The translations under genes were made by a program, and so were the position numbers. A DNA stretch of 39,407 bases, taken from positions 1 to 39,407 of the forward strand of contig JAPLWE010000058.1 of assembly GCA_026396705.1 (NCBI GenBank), given 5' to 3'. Numbering within the stretch: the stretch's first letter is position 1; every line of letters begins with the position of its first letter. The DNA is from Candidatus Gribaldobacteria bacterium (lineage in GTDB: Bacteria; Patescibacteriota; Minisyncoccia; Minisyncoccales; CG1-02-41-26). The notes below the pieces were generated by a model. That model was not told the DNA's origin, did not search any database, and was given only the letters and a program-made list of their open reading frames with translations. Of the stretch, positions 25,892-34,265 are shown piece after piece.

Positions 25892-25900
25892 GGGTGCTAA
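25875..25900. promoter_or_regulatory. CIRCE-like operator (HrcA binding site)
   Basis: TTAGCACTC-aatgtcaa-GGGTGCTAA, against the consensus TTAGCACTC-N9-GAGTGCTAA. One arm mismatch and an 8-nt spacer. Overlaps the -35 box. Confidence 0.7.
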
Positions 25901-25984
25901 TTACCTTAAGGATATCCACAGCTTGTAATTATTTTTTAATAGGTTGATGTGTTAAAATAAATAAAGTAAATAAGTATTTTTAAT

Positions 25985-26899
25985 ATGTTAAGCGTTATTA
26001 AAGCTAAAAATGTTACTTGGGTTGATATTAAAGAACCAGATGAAAAGGACTTGCAGTGGCTAAAAGATAATTTTAACTTGCACCCTTTGATTTTGAAAGA
26101 ATTACCTCCCCAGCTTGATTATCCCAAAATAGAACAATTTGGTCGCTATTTATTTTTGGTGCTTTTTTATCCTTTTTACGACAGTCGTAGTTTTCGCACT
26201 ATACCCATTGAGCTTGATATAGTGGTTTCCAAAAATTATATTATCACTAATCATTATAAAGACATTGTTCCTTTGAAAGCTATTTTTGACAAGTGTAATC
26301 TTTACGAAAATATTCGAGAAGAATACACTCAAAAAGGCACTCATAGTTTGCTTTATCGCATTGTTAATGAAATTTTATCAGCCAGTTTTCCCAAATTAAG
26401 CCATATTAAGCAAAATGTTGACGAAATTGAATCGGCCATTTATGCGGAGCAATACAAAGAAAGCGTGCAGAAAATTTCTTTGGTTAGGCGTGATATTATT
26501 GGTTTTCAAAGAATTGTTGAACCTCAAGGCATTGTCTTAAAGGGGCTAATTGAGAAAAGTGATGCTTTTTTTGACGAGGATATTACTCTTTATTTTCGTT
26601 CTTTGTTGAATATCCATAATCAGATAAACACTATTTTATCAACGCAAAGCAAAATATTAGACGCTTTAGATACCACCAATCAATCCCTGATTAACACTCG
26701 CACTAATTCTACCATGAAAGCGCTCACTATATTTTTGGTTTTACTATACCCCTTTGCTTTTTTCTCGGATATATTCAGCATGAATGGTCAGTTTTTGCAG
26801 TGGACAGCCAAGCCGCACGATTTTTGGATAGTCTATGGTTTGATGATTATCGGGTTTTTAAGCATCTTAGCTGTTCTCAAAAAGAAAAAGTGGCTATAA
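25985..26899 (+). CDS. corA: CorA-family divalent-cation transporter
   Basis: Cytoplasmic alpha/beta domain plus two C-terminal TM helices, and a KKKKWL end typical of CorA. The signature loop reads FSMNGQ instead of YGMNF. Confidence 0.75.
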   Translation: MLSVIKAKNVTWVDIKEPDEKDLQWLKDNFNLHPLILKELPPQLDYPKIEQFGRYLFLVLFYPFYDSRSFRTIPIELDIVVSKNYIITNHYKDIVPLKAIFDKCNLYENIREEYTQKGTHSLLYRIVNEILSASFPKLSHIKQNVDEIESAIYAEQYKESVQKISLVRRDIIGFQRIVEPQGIVLKGLIEKSDAFFDEDITLYFRSLLNIHNQINTILSTQSKILDALDTTNQSLINTRTNSTMKALTIFLVLLYPFAFFSDIFSMNGQFLQWTAKPHDFWIVYGLMIIGFLSILAVLKKKKWL

Positions 26900-26911
26900 T
26901 GTAGTTATTTT

Positions 26912-27727
26912 TTACTTATAAAACACGCGGGAGAACCTCATGTCAATATATTGGAGGTTTTTTCTTTTTTCTTGGGGTAGGCTTTTTTCTATCAACAGGC
27001 TTAAGTTTGTTAGAATGGGCTCAATGTCGCTGGTTAAACTGAAATAAGCTTCCCAGCCCTCTTGGGTTTTAATGGTGAGCTTGTCTTGGCCGTCAGTTAG
27101 GCAATTTTGCGGGGCGATGGCTAATTTTTCTTGAAAAAAACTAATGGCTTGTAAAATCTGCGTCATTTTAGCTGGGTCAATAACTTGGCTGGGTAAAATA
27201 GTTGGAGCTGTTTTGTTTTCTGCAATAATTAAAGGCAGGTTTTTTTCAGTAGTTGTTTGAAAAGCTATACCGGCTTTGTCAATTAAATAACAAATGTCAT
27301 TTTCAGTATAACACCAGACTGCCCGAGGAACTCTTTCTTTTAGTTGTAAGGTTATAGTGTGAGAAAATTGTTTTTTGATAATAACCCCTTCTACTTGTGG
27401 CATTGTTGTTTCTATTTCTTTTTTAAGAGTGGTGGTGTTCAGCAAAAAGAAAGTTTTTTTGATAGATAAAAAAGCTAAATGGTTTTCTAATTTTTGGTTA
27501 ACCAAGTTTTCTATATTTGGGGTTATATCAGTTAAAGCGGCTGGCGATATTATTTTCACTTGGTTAATAGCTAAAAGTGGCGAGAATAATAGTAAATAAG
27601 CCAAAGCCAGAGCCAAGACTATTCCCCAAACAACTAAACGAAATATCTGGTTTTTCCAGAGAGATTCTTTTTTCTTGTATTTAGCCTTGAGGCGACCCGC
27701 TTTTTTTTTAACTCGATATTGGCTCAT
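26912..27727 (-). CDS. ftsQ: Cell-division protein FtsQ/DivIB
   Basis: Basic N-terminus, single TM, and a POTRA-like region (INQVKIIS...TLQLKERVPRAVW). Confidence 0.7.
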   Translation of the reverse strand: MSQYRVKKKAGRLKAKYKKKESLWKNQIFRLVVWGIVLALALAYLLLFSPLLAINQVKIISPAALTDITPNIENLVNQKLENHLAFLSIKKTFFLLNTTTLKKEIETTMPQVEGVIIKKQFSHTITLQLKERVPRAVWCYTENDICYLIDKAGIAFQTTTEKNLPLIIAENKTAPTILPSQVIDPAKMTQILQAISFFQEKLAIAPQNCLTDGQDKLTIKTQEGWEAYFSLTSDIEPILTNLSLLIEKSLPQEKRKNLQYIDMRFSRVFYK

Positions 27728-27745
27728 AATGATTGGTTGATGCGG

Positions 27746-27910
27746 GGCTTGATGTTAGAGGCTCGGAAAGTTGATTTCAAAGAGACGCTCACTCGCTCCG
27801 GCGGCTCGTTCGCTTAGTTTTCGGCCTATTTTCCGCCAGTAAGCGGAACCAAGCAAATAGGCCTCAAAATACTCTTTGAAATTAGTTTCCTCGCCTCTAA
27901 CATGCAAGTC
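27746..27910. repeat. GC-rich branched-palindrome element, copy A
   Basis: About 38-nt imperfect terminal inverted repeats and two internal hairpins. Core 27779..27895 is identical to 30174..30290. Confidence 0.9.
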
Positions 27911-29405
27911 ATACAATGTTTAATAGTGATAGCAAACCGTTAGGTACACGGCTTTCTAATAGGATGATGTCGTTGGGACGGGCAATGGTTTTGATTTTTG
28001 CTAAAATTTGTTCTGGTTTTTCTAGTAATAAAATTTTATTTTCAGCCAGGCCTGCCTCCAAGGCGCCTTGTCTTAATTCTTTGAATCTGTCTTGGGTGGT
28101 GATAATTGCTAAATCGCAAATTTGGCCAATGGCTTGGCCGATTTTATAATGAATATTTTTTGAGGCTTTGCCCAGCTCTATTAAACAGGGCATAACAATA
28201 ATTTTATGCTCTTGTGGCCAAGCAGTTTTTAGATATTCTAAATGGGCCATAATGCTGGCTGGATTGGCTGAATAGGTATAATCAAGTATATTAAGGTCGT
28301 TAATCCCCTGCTTTAAGCTGTGTGAGCGAATCTTTTGGCAAGCCAAAGCGATTTCAGCCATAGTCATACCTAATGTTTTAGCCACAGCTGTAGCCATTAA
28401 AACATTGATAATATTTTGCTTACCAATGAGGTTTATCTCAAATTGCGCTTTGTCGTTATCTTTACTCAAGGCGGTAAAAGAAACTTTTTCTTTTTCTATT
28501 TTTATGTCTTCAGCCCAGATATCCGCCTTTGCTTTAGTTGAGCAGAATATTTTAGATTTCAGCTGTAGATTTGAAAATTGGTAATTGGTAATTGGTAATT
28601 TTTCATCGTCTCCATTTAGTATAGCCGTCCCCTGCTCATTCAGCGACTCTATTAACTCAAATTTTGCTTTAATAATATTTTCTTGCGAGCCAAAACAGGC
28701 CAAATGTTGTTCGTTGATGCCAGTTAACACGCCAATTTGTGGCTCAAGTATAGCGCAAACTTGTTTAATCTTCCCTCGCTGGTAGGCGCCCACTTCAGCT
28801 ATTAAAATTTGATGCTCGGGCTTGAGCTTATTAATAATTGTTTGGGCGATGCCAATTTCTGCGTTGGTGTTTTTTTCGGTTGACAATACTGAAAATTTTT
28901 CTGAAAGCATGGCTAAAAGAAAATCTTTAGTTGATGTTTTGCCATAACTGCCAGTTATAGCGATAACCGTAAGGTTTTTGAATTGTTTCCTTTTGGCTTT
29001 GGCTTTTTTCATCACATAACTTTGCCAAAGCCAAGTGGGAATTTGAAAAATTAAAATAAAGACCGAGCTGATAATTGGCAAGAAAAATAGCCAAAGCAAA
29101 ATCAGCAAGCGGAAAAGGTTGTCAGGCTGGTTGAAAATAAGCCAAAAAAAAGCCCCTTGCGAAAGAAACCAAAGATCGGCTATTAAAATTGTTTTTTTGG
29201 TAGCCAATGGCAACTTAGCGCGATACCAAGAAGCCATTAACTTTTTAATTTTTTGACCCTCAAAATGGGCGCTAAAACGACCCAAGTGATAATTTTTTAA
29301 CTGCCAGAGCCATAGCCAAAACAAAAATATCTTGGCGAAAAATAAATACCAAAAAATAGAGATAATAATTTTAATTATTTGTTCCATGGTTGCTTGTTGA
29401 GCCAA
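27909..29405 (-). CDS. murF: MurF-type Mur ligase with an N-terminal multi-TM region
   Basis: P-loop ITGSYGKTSTK at aa ~151, then NTNAEIGIAQTI and a Mur-ligase C-terminal domain. The first ~135 aa are three hydrophobic W/F/L-rich segments. An alternative start at M7 (29387) is possible. Confidence 0.75.
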   Translation of the reverse strand: MAQQATMEQIIKIIISIFWYLFFAKIFLFWLWLWQLKNYHLGRFSAHFEGQKIKKLMASWYRAKLPLATKKTILIADLWFLSQGAFFWLIFNQPDNLFRLLILLWLFFLPIISSVFILIFQIPTWLWQSYVMKKAKAKRKQFKNLTVIAITGSYGKTSTKDFLLAMLSEKFSVLSTEKNTNAEIGIAQTIINKLKPEHQILIAEVGAYQRGKIKQVCAILEPQIGVLTGINEQHLACFGSQENIIKAKFELIESLNEQGTAILNGDDEKLPITNYQFSNLQLKSKIFCSTKAKADIWAEDIKIEKEKVSFTALSKDNDKAQFEINLIGKQNIINVLMATAVAKTLGMTMAEIALACQKIRSHSLKQGINDLNILDYTYSANPASIMAHLEYLKTAWPQEHKIIVMPCLIELGKASKNIHYKIGQAIGQICDLAIITTQDRFKELRQGALEAGLAENKILLLEKPEQILAKIKTIARPNDIILLESRVPNGLLSLLNIV

Positions 29406-30117
29406 TAAAGTTTTTTATTTTCTGGGCTAATTCTTCCGGGCATTGTAAGTGCAGCGAATGGCCATTTTTTGGCAAAACTTCCAGTCGAGAATTTTTTATT
29501 TTTTCTTTCATTAAATAGGCATTTTTAATTGGCGTAAAGGTATCTTTTTTACCCCAAATAATTAAAGTATTTTTGTTGATGGTTGGCAAAAGCCTGGTAA
29601 GATCTTCCTCTAAAGCATTTTTCATTATTTCTTTTTGCAGGGGGTTAGCCTTGAAATAGTCGGTTCTTCGCAAGATATAGCAATAGAAAATTTTTCTAGC
29701 TAGCTCTTTAGCTCCTTGGCTATCTGAAGATTGTTCTTGCACGCCTAATTTTTTAGCCAGCCTAACTATTTTTAATAAAAATCTATCCTTGATTGTCTTT
29801 TTTCTTTTAATGCCCGCGGCCGCCACTAAAATAAGGCCTTTGAGTTTTTCAGGGTTTTTAGCGGCTAGCTTAATAGCAATGCGACCGCCAAACGAATGCC
29901 CCAAAAGATACACCGGCTCACGATAGGCAGTTAATAGATTTTCCAGCCAAGCCACATAGTCGTTAAGATTCCAAGGCCTTGAAAGCTGGTTTTCTGGCTT
30001 AAAGCCGGGCAAGTCCAAAGCCACCACCTTTAGGTCTGGGCCTTCCAGTAGTTCTTTAACTTTTTGCCATTTTTCTTTGGAGCTTTGCCAGCCGTGTAAA
30101 ATGATTAAGGTATCCAT
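29371..30117 (-). CDS. Alpha/beta-fold hydrolase
   Basis: HGW oxyanion region, nucleophile elbow GHSFGG and a C-terminal GH. Its 3' end overlaps murF by 35 nt (17 nt if murF starts at M7). Confidence 0.75.
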   Translation of the reverse strand: MDTLIILHGWQSSKEKWQKVKELLEGPDLKVVALDLPGFKPENQLSRPWNLNDYVAWLENLLTAYREPVYLLGHSFGGRIAIKLAAKNPEKLKGLILVAAAGIKRKKTIKDRFLLKIVRLAKKLGVQEQSSDSQGAKELARKIFYCYILRRTDYFKANPLQKEIMKNALEEDLTRLLPTINKNTLIIWGKKDTFTPIKNAYLMKEKIKNSRLEVLPKNGHSLHLQCPEELAQKIKNFIGSTSNHGTNN

Positions 30118-30136
30118 TGCGTTTTTTTTAATTCAA

Positions 30137-30304
30137 ACTTATGTGGTTGTTAGTGGCTCGGAAGACTAATTTTAAAGAGACGCTCACTCGCTCCGGCGGC
30201 TCGTTCGCTTAGTTTTCGGCCTATTTTCCGCCAGTAAGCGGAACCAAGCAAATAGGCCTCAAAATACTCTTTGAAATTAGTTTCCTCGCCCCTAACCAGT
30301 AGTC
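30137..30304. repeat. GC-rich branched-palindrome element, copy B
   Basis: Same architecture and orientation as copy A. Core 30174..30290 is identical to A. The aligned 25-nt segments of the two 5' arms differ only by 5 transitions. Confidence 0.9.
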
Positions 30305-30314
30305 TGCGATAATT

Positions 30315-31565
30315 CTATTTTCTTATCTCTTTCAAACCAAAATACTTCTGTAATACTTTGGGTATTTCAACCGAGCCGTCTTTTTGCTGGTAATTTTCAA
30401 GAATAGCAATAATTGGCCTCATAGAAAAAGCTGTGCCGTTTAAGGTGTGCACAAAGTTTAATTTGCCCTGCTTGTCCTTGTAGCGCACATTGAGCCGTCG
30501 GGCTTGAAAGTCGGTGCAATTGGAAGTGGAGTGGGTTTCGCGGTATTTATCTTGACCAGGCATCCAGGTTTCAATGTCATATTTTTTGGCGGCTGGCGCG
30601 CCCAAGTCGCCGGTGCAAATATCAATTACTTGATAATGTAGGCCTAAGTCGTCCATTAGTTCTTGCTCTATTTCTCGCAAGAATTCGTGCTCTTTTAGCG
30701 AATCTTCTGGTTTACAAAAAACAAACATTTCTATTTTATCAAATTGATGCACCCTTAACATTCCTTTGGTGTCTTTGCCAAAACTGCCTGCCTCTCGCCT
30801 AAAGCAAGTGGAAAAACCAACATAGCGTAAAGGCAAATTCTTTTCGTCAAATGTTTCACCAGCATGCATTGCCCCTAAAGTTTGCTCAGAAGTAGCAGTT
30901 AGATATAAATTATCTTTTTCTAAATGATAGGCCTCTTCGTCGTTTGTTTGCTCTAAATAGCCCATGGCCCAAGCCATTTCTGGCTTTATCATTACAGGCG
31001 GAATTATTGGAATAAAGCCCTTTTTAACTAATTTTTCAAAAGCAAAATTAATTAAAGCAAATTCTAGTAAAACGCCTTGCCGTTTCAAATAGTAAAATCG
31101 GCTACCAGCCACCTTACCAGCTCTCTCAGTGTCAAGAATATCTAACTGCTCCCCTATTTCCCAGTGCTCTTTGGGCTTAAAGTCAAACTTGGGCTTTTCT
31201 TTTATTTTACCAATCCCCTTAACAATATTTTCTGAATCGTCTTTACCCACTGGCACTTCATCAAAAGCCGGGTTGGGAATTTTGCGCATTAAAGCGTCAA
31301 ACTCTGCTTCAACTCCTTTTAAAATTTCTTCTTGGGCCTGAAACTTTTCTTTCAAGGACTTGGCCTGTTCAATAACTTCTGGGCTTGGCGCACCTTTTCC
31401 ACTGAGCTTATTTTGCTCGGCTTTTAGTTGTTCACTTTGGGCAATGATTTCTCGTCTTTTTTTATCAAGCTCTAAAAGCTTGTCCACATCAACTTCTACG
31501 CCTTTATTTTTTGCCCCTTGTTTAACTTTTTCAGGATTCTCGCGAATAAATTTAATATCAAGCAT
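30315..31565 (-). CDS. serS: Seryl-tRNA synthetase
   Basis: Canonical start MLDIKFIRENPE (ATG 31565), coiled-coil arm, class II motifs including FRREAGSFGKDTKGMLRVHQFDKIE and GTAFSMRP. Confidence 0.9.
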   Translation of the reverse strand: MLDIKFIRENPEKVKQGAKNKGVEVDVDKLLELDKKRREIIAQSEQLKAEQNKLSGKGAPSPEVIEQAKSLKEKFQAQEEILKGVEAEFDALMRKIPNPAFDEVPVGKDDSENIVKGIGKIKEKPKFDFKPKEHWEIGEQLDILDTERAGKVAGSRFYYLKRQGVLLEFALINFAFEKLVKKGFIPIIPPVMIKPEMAWAMGYLEQTNDEEAYHLEKDNLYLTATSEQTLGAMHAGETFDEKNLPLRYVGFSTCFRREAGSFGKDTKGMLRVHQFDKIEMFVFCKPEDSLKEHEFLREIEQELMDDLGLHYQVIDICTGDLGAPAAKKYDIETWMPGQDKYRETHSTSNCTDFQARRLNVRYKDKQGKLNFVHTLNGTAFSMRPIIAILENYQQKDGSVEIPKVLQKYFGLKEIRK

Positions 31566-31660
31566 AAATTTAATTTTCTTTATATTACATATTACCACAA
31601 AATCTTTTATAAAAAAATTATGCAAAACTTATAAAAAAGCTTTGCATAAAATTACTAATG

Positions 31661-31984
31661 TTAACCTTGGGAAAAAGTTTGCCATGAATTTAATCCTACA
31701 ACAACCTCTCCTGTCCCTATTCCTAGAGCTTTTACGGCTTTATGAATGTTATCCATTGCCACATTTTGAGCTAAATGAGCTGAGCTTCTTAGTACGCCAA
31801 CAATCGGACTTACTTCAATAACAATTGGGAGATCGTCGGAGATTATGGAAGAATCGTCTGAAAAATGGAAAGCTATTTTTTCTTTCGGCAAAGCTTCGGA
31901 TATTGCAACTTCAACTCTTAGAACTTCTTTTGCGTAACGATGCGTATTTAGATTATAAATTTTCACAAAAACAGTGTAACTCAT
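31661..31984 (-). CDS. Hypothetical 107-aa protein
   Basis: Strong SD GAAGGAGG 6 nt before the ATG. No confident family. A weak resemblance to small tautomerase-superfamily/DUF1904-like proteins is only an impression. Confidence 0.5.
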   Translation of the reverse strand: MSYTVFVKIYNLNTHRYAKEVLRVEVAISEALPKEKIAFHFSDDSSIISDDLPIVIEVSPIVGVLRSSAHLAQNVAMDNIHKAVKALGIGTGEVVVGLNSWQTFSQG

Positions 31985-32088
31985 TTTCTACCTCCTTCTA
32001 CTAAGAACACAATAACTCAATACTGACCTTAAACTACCAAAATTTACAGAAAAAGCAAGTGATAAAGGGCTGAACTTTGCCACTTGTT

Positions 32089-32346
32089 TTAGTTATATAT
32101 ATTATGAAGGCCAACTTCTAAAAATAAAACTTCGGATTGATTGATAAAAATAAATTTAATTCTGTAAGAATAATTAATCCAGAACGCCCAGCATCCACTG
32201 TCTTTTCCTGATAATTTATGAGTTTTCAATGATGGGTCAAATGGATAAACGCGAAAAATCCCTTCTTTTTCTTTGGCCTGTTCTTTGATTTTTTTAGGCA
32301 ATCGTTTATATTGTTTTTCAAACTTTGGCGATACCCTAATAATCAT
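32089..32346 (-). CDS. RelE/ParE-superfamily type II toxin
   Basis: 85 aa. The pattern KTHKLSGKDSGCWAFWINYSYRIKFIF...LFLEVGLHNIY matches RelE/YafQ-like toxins. Starts 2 nt after the antitoxin ORF. Confidence 0.7.
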   Translation of the reverse strand: MIIRVSPKFEKQYKRLPKKIKEQAKEKEGIFRVYPFDPSLKTHKLSGKDSGCWAFWINYSYRIKFIFINQSEVLFLEVGLHNIYN

Positions 32347-32348
32347 AT

Positions 32349-32594
32349 TTAATCTAAATCAGCCAATGACTTTATTGTTTTACATTTACCAGCTTTATAC
32401 TCGGCCACCCCATCTCTAATTAACCAATCCAATTCCTGCGCTTCCTTGCCCTCTAAATGATGTATGGGCACTGCGTTTTCACACAATCTTTTATATTCCC
32501 GCAAAGACAAAATAACCATTCCTTTTTGCCTTAAAATGGTTGCTTTTGACAGGGTTATATTGTCTTTTATCTGGTGTTTTGCCATATGTTTCAT
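32349..32594 (-). CDS. Cognate antitoxin (Phd/RelB-like)
   Basis: 81-aa ORF immediately upstream of the toxin, in the typical two-gene arrangement. Confidence 0.55.
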   Translation of the reverse strand: MKHMAKHQIKDNITLSKATILRQKGMVILSLREYKRLCENAVPIHHLEGKEAQELDWLIRDGVAEYKAGKCKTIKSLADLD

Positions 32595-32602
32595 TCTATT
32601 TA

Positions 32603-32630
32603 ATTATACCTAAAGATCTTTGTTTGTCAA
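32603..32630 (-). promoter_or_regulatory. Consensus promoter of the toxin-antitoxin pair
   Basis: Minus-sense TTGACA (32630..32625), 16 nt, TATAAT (32608..32603), only 8 nt before the ATG. This implies a leaderless or near-leaderless mRNA. Confidence 0.55.
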
Positions 32631-32694
32631 AATTGCAAAACTTTTTTGGCTCGCCGGCTTCCAGCAGGGTCCTTAATTGTCCTGTGAATAAATT

Positions 32695-34179
32695 CTAATT
32701 AAATTTTTCGGGTGTATTAGGTTTCATCAACGGGAAAATTTGGCACTCTCTAGCGGGTTTATTCATTAAAAAGCTAAAGAGGCGCTCGGACAGGCCAAAA
32801 CCGCAGGTGGGGGGCATGCCATATTCTAAGGCTTCCACAAAATCATGGTCGTTCATTTGGGCTTCCTCGTCGCCGGCTTCTCTTAGCTTTTGTTGTTCAG
32901 TAAAGCGTTCGGCTTGGTCAATGGGGTCGTTGAGCTCGCTATAGCCATTGCCCATTTCACTGCCCGCCAAAATAACTTGGAATTTTTGGGTTATGCTGGG
33001 ATCTTTTTCGTTTCTTTTGGCTAAGGGCGAAAGTTCCACGGGTTGGTTGATCAAAAAACCGGGGCCTGATATTTTTTTGCGGCAATACTTCCACAAATTA
33101 TCAATAGCTCTGTTTTTATTAAAGCCTTTTTTGTCGTATTCAATACCTAACTTTTGTAAGGCTTTTTCAATTTCGCTCAAGCTATCCTCGGCAATATCAA
33201 CGCCGGTATATTTTTGCACAGTTGATTGGTAATCGTATTTTTCCCATTTTTTGGCAAAATCAATGCTATGCTCGCCTATCTGAAATTTCAGAGTGCCAAA
33301 AGTTTTTTTGGCCACGAATTTATACATTTCTTCCACTAATTCCATACCTTGGTTATAGTCAGCGTAGGCCCAGTAAAATTCCATTTGGGTATAGTCCTGC
33401 AAGTGTTCAGCATCCATACCTTCATTGCGAAACTGTCGGCCAATTTCAAAAGTTTTTTCAAAACCAGCCACCATTAGTTTTTTTTGCCACAACTCGCCCA
33501 TAGAAATTCGCAAGAAAATATCAATATCTAGAGCATTATGATGAGTGACAAAAGGCCGAGCATCCGCGCCTCCAGTGGTAACTTCCAATACTGGGGTTTC
33601 TACTTCTAAAAATCCCCTGTCAATTAAAAATTCGCGCATAGTATTCCAAAAAACTGCTCGTTTTTCTATCATTTGCTTAACTTCTGGGTTAAATAAAATA
33701 TCTAAATATCTTTTGCGCAACTTTTCTTCGGTGTCTTGCAAACCATGCCATTTTTCAGGTAAGGGCAAAAGCGCCTTAGCAATAATCTTAAAATCAACAG
33801 CTTCTATGGTTTTTTCTTTGGTTTTACTTTCAATCAAAGCGCCTTTAATCTCTACAAAATCGCCAATATCCATTGTTTCAGTGAAAAACTTAAAACCGCT
33901 CTCCCCTATTTTGTCTTGTCTTAAAATAACTTGGATATTCCCGCTTGGCGAGCCGTCTTGGATATTTAGAAACAGCAAAGCCCCATGGCCTCTTTGGGCC
34001 ATTATGCGGCCAGCCAAAATAATTTCTTTGGCTGATTTTTTGAGCTTGGCAAAATCAGTTAAGGCTTGAGCAATGGCGTGTGTTCTTTGGCTAACAGCCG
34101 GATAAGGATTAAGCCCAGCCATTTCAATTTTGCGCAATTTTTCTAAACGAACTTTACGGATTTCATCAATAGTGCTCAT
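32695..34179 (-). CDS. lysS: Lysyl-tRNA synthetase (class II)
   Basis: OB-fold N-domain, FRNEGMDAEHLQDYTQMEFYWAYADY (motif 2 region) and C-terminal GMPPTCGFGLSERL. Confidence 0.9.
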   Translation of the reverse strand: MSTIDEIRKVRLEKLRKIEMAGLNPYPAVSQRTHAIAQALTDFAKLKKSAKEIILAGRIMAQRGHGALLFLNIQDGSPSGNIQVILRQDKIGESGFKFFTETMDIGDFVEIKGALIESKTKEKTIEAVDFKIIAKALLPLPEKWHGLQDTEEKLRKRYLDILFNPEVKQMIEKRAVFWNTMREFLIDRGFLEVETPVLEVTTGGADARPFVTHHNALDIDIFLRISMGELWQKKLMVAGFEKTFEIGRQFRNEGMDAEHLQDYTQMEFYWAYADYNQGMELVEEMYKFVAKKTFGTLKFQIGEHSIDFAKKWEKYDYQSTVQKYTGVDIAEDSLSEIEKALQKLGIEYDKKGFNKNRAIDNLWKYCRKKISGPGFLINQPVELSPLAKRNEKDPSITQKFQVILAGSEMGNGYSELNDPIDQAERFTEQQKLREAGDEEAQMNDHDFVEALEYGMPPTCGFGLSERLFSFLMNKPARECQIFPLMKPNTPEKFN

Positions 34180-34265
34180 AAATTTATAAATTATTTATTT
34201 ACTTTATCATAAAAATGAGTTATCAACAATTGCAATTATGTTAAAAAGCTTTATAACTAATACGA

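Noticed and set aside
27746-27910. Integron attC sites as an explanation for the palindromic elements (GTTAGAG...CTCTAAC resembles the GTTRRRY/RYYYAAC cores)
   Set aside because: The core matches are imperfect. The elements are longer and more branched than typical attC sites. They flank essential housekeeping genes (murF, ftsQ, serS) rather than promoterless cassettes. One copy is inverted, and no integrase is present.
28576-28599. Heptanucleotide tandem repeat (ATTGGTA x 3.4) inside murF as a phase-variation switch
   Set aside because: There are only about 3 copies (21 nt, in-frame, encoding PITNYQF) in an essential gene. That is too short to argue for slipped-strand regulation. It is noted only as a minor repeat.
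18095-30304. Known self-cleaving ribozyme, group II intron domain or CRISPR repeat as the identity of the repeat family
   Set aside because: There is no hammerhead CUGAUGA/GAAA core, no domain V-like AGC triad hairpin and no reverse transcriptase. Spacing is irregular and kilobase-scale, with unrelated genes between copies, so this is not a CRISPR array.
33545-34069. 174-aa plus-strand ORF inside lysS. Similar antisense ORFs include 2041..2553, 5976..6197, 9206..9541, 23867..24169, 31360..31821 and 36123..36425.
   Set aside because: All sit entirely within well-supported genes on the other strand. Long antisense frames arise readily opposite real genes, and none has recognisable motifs.
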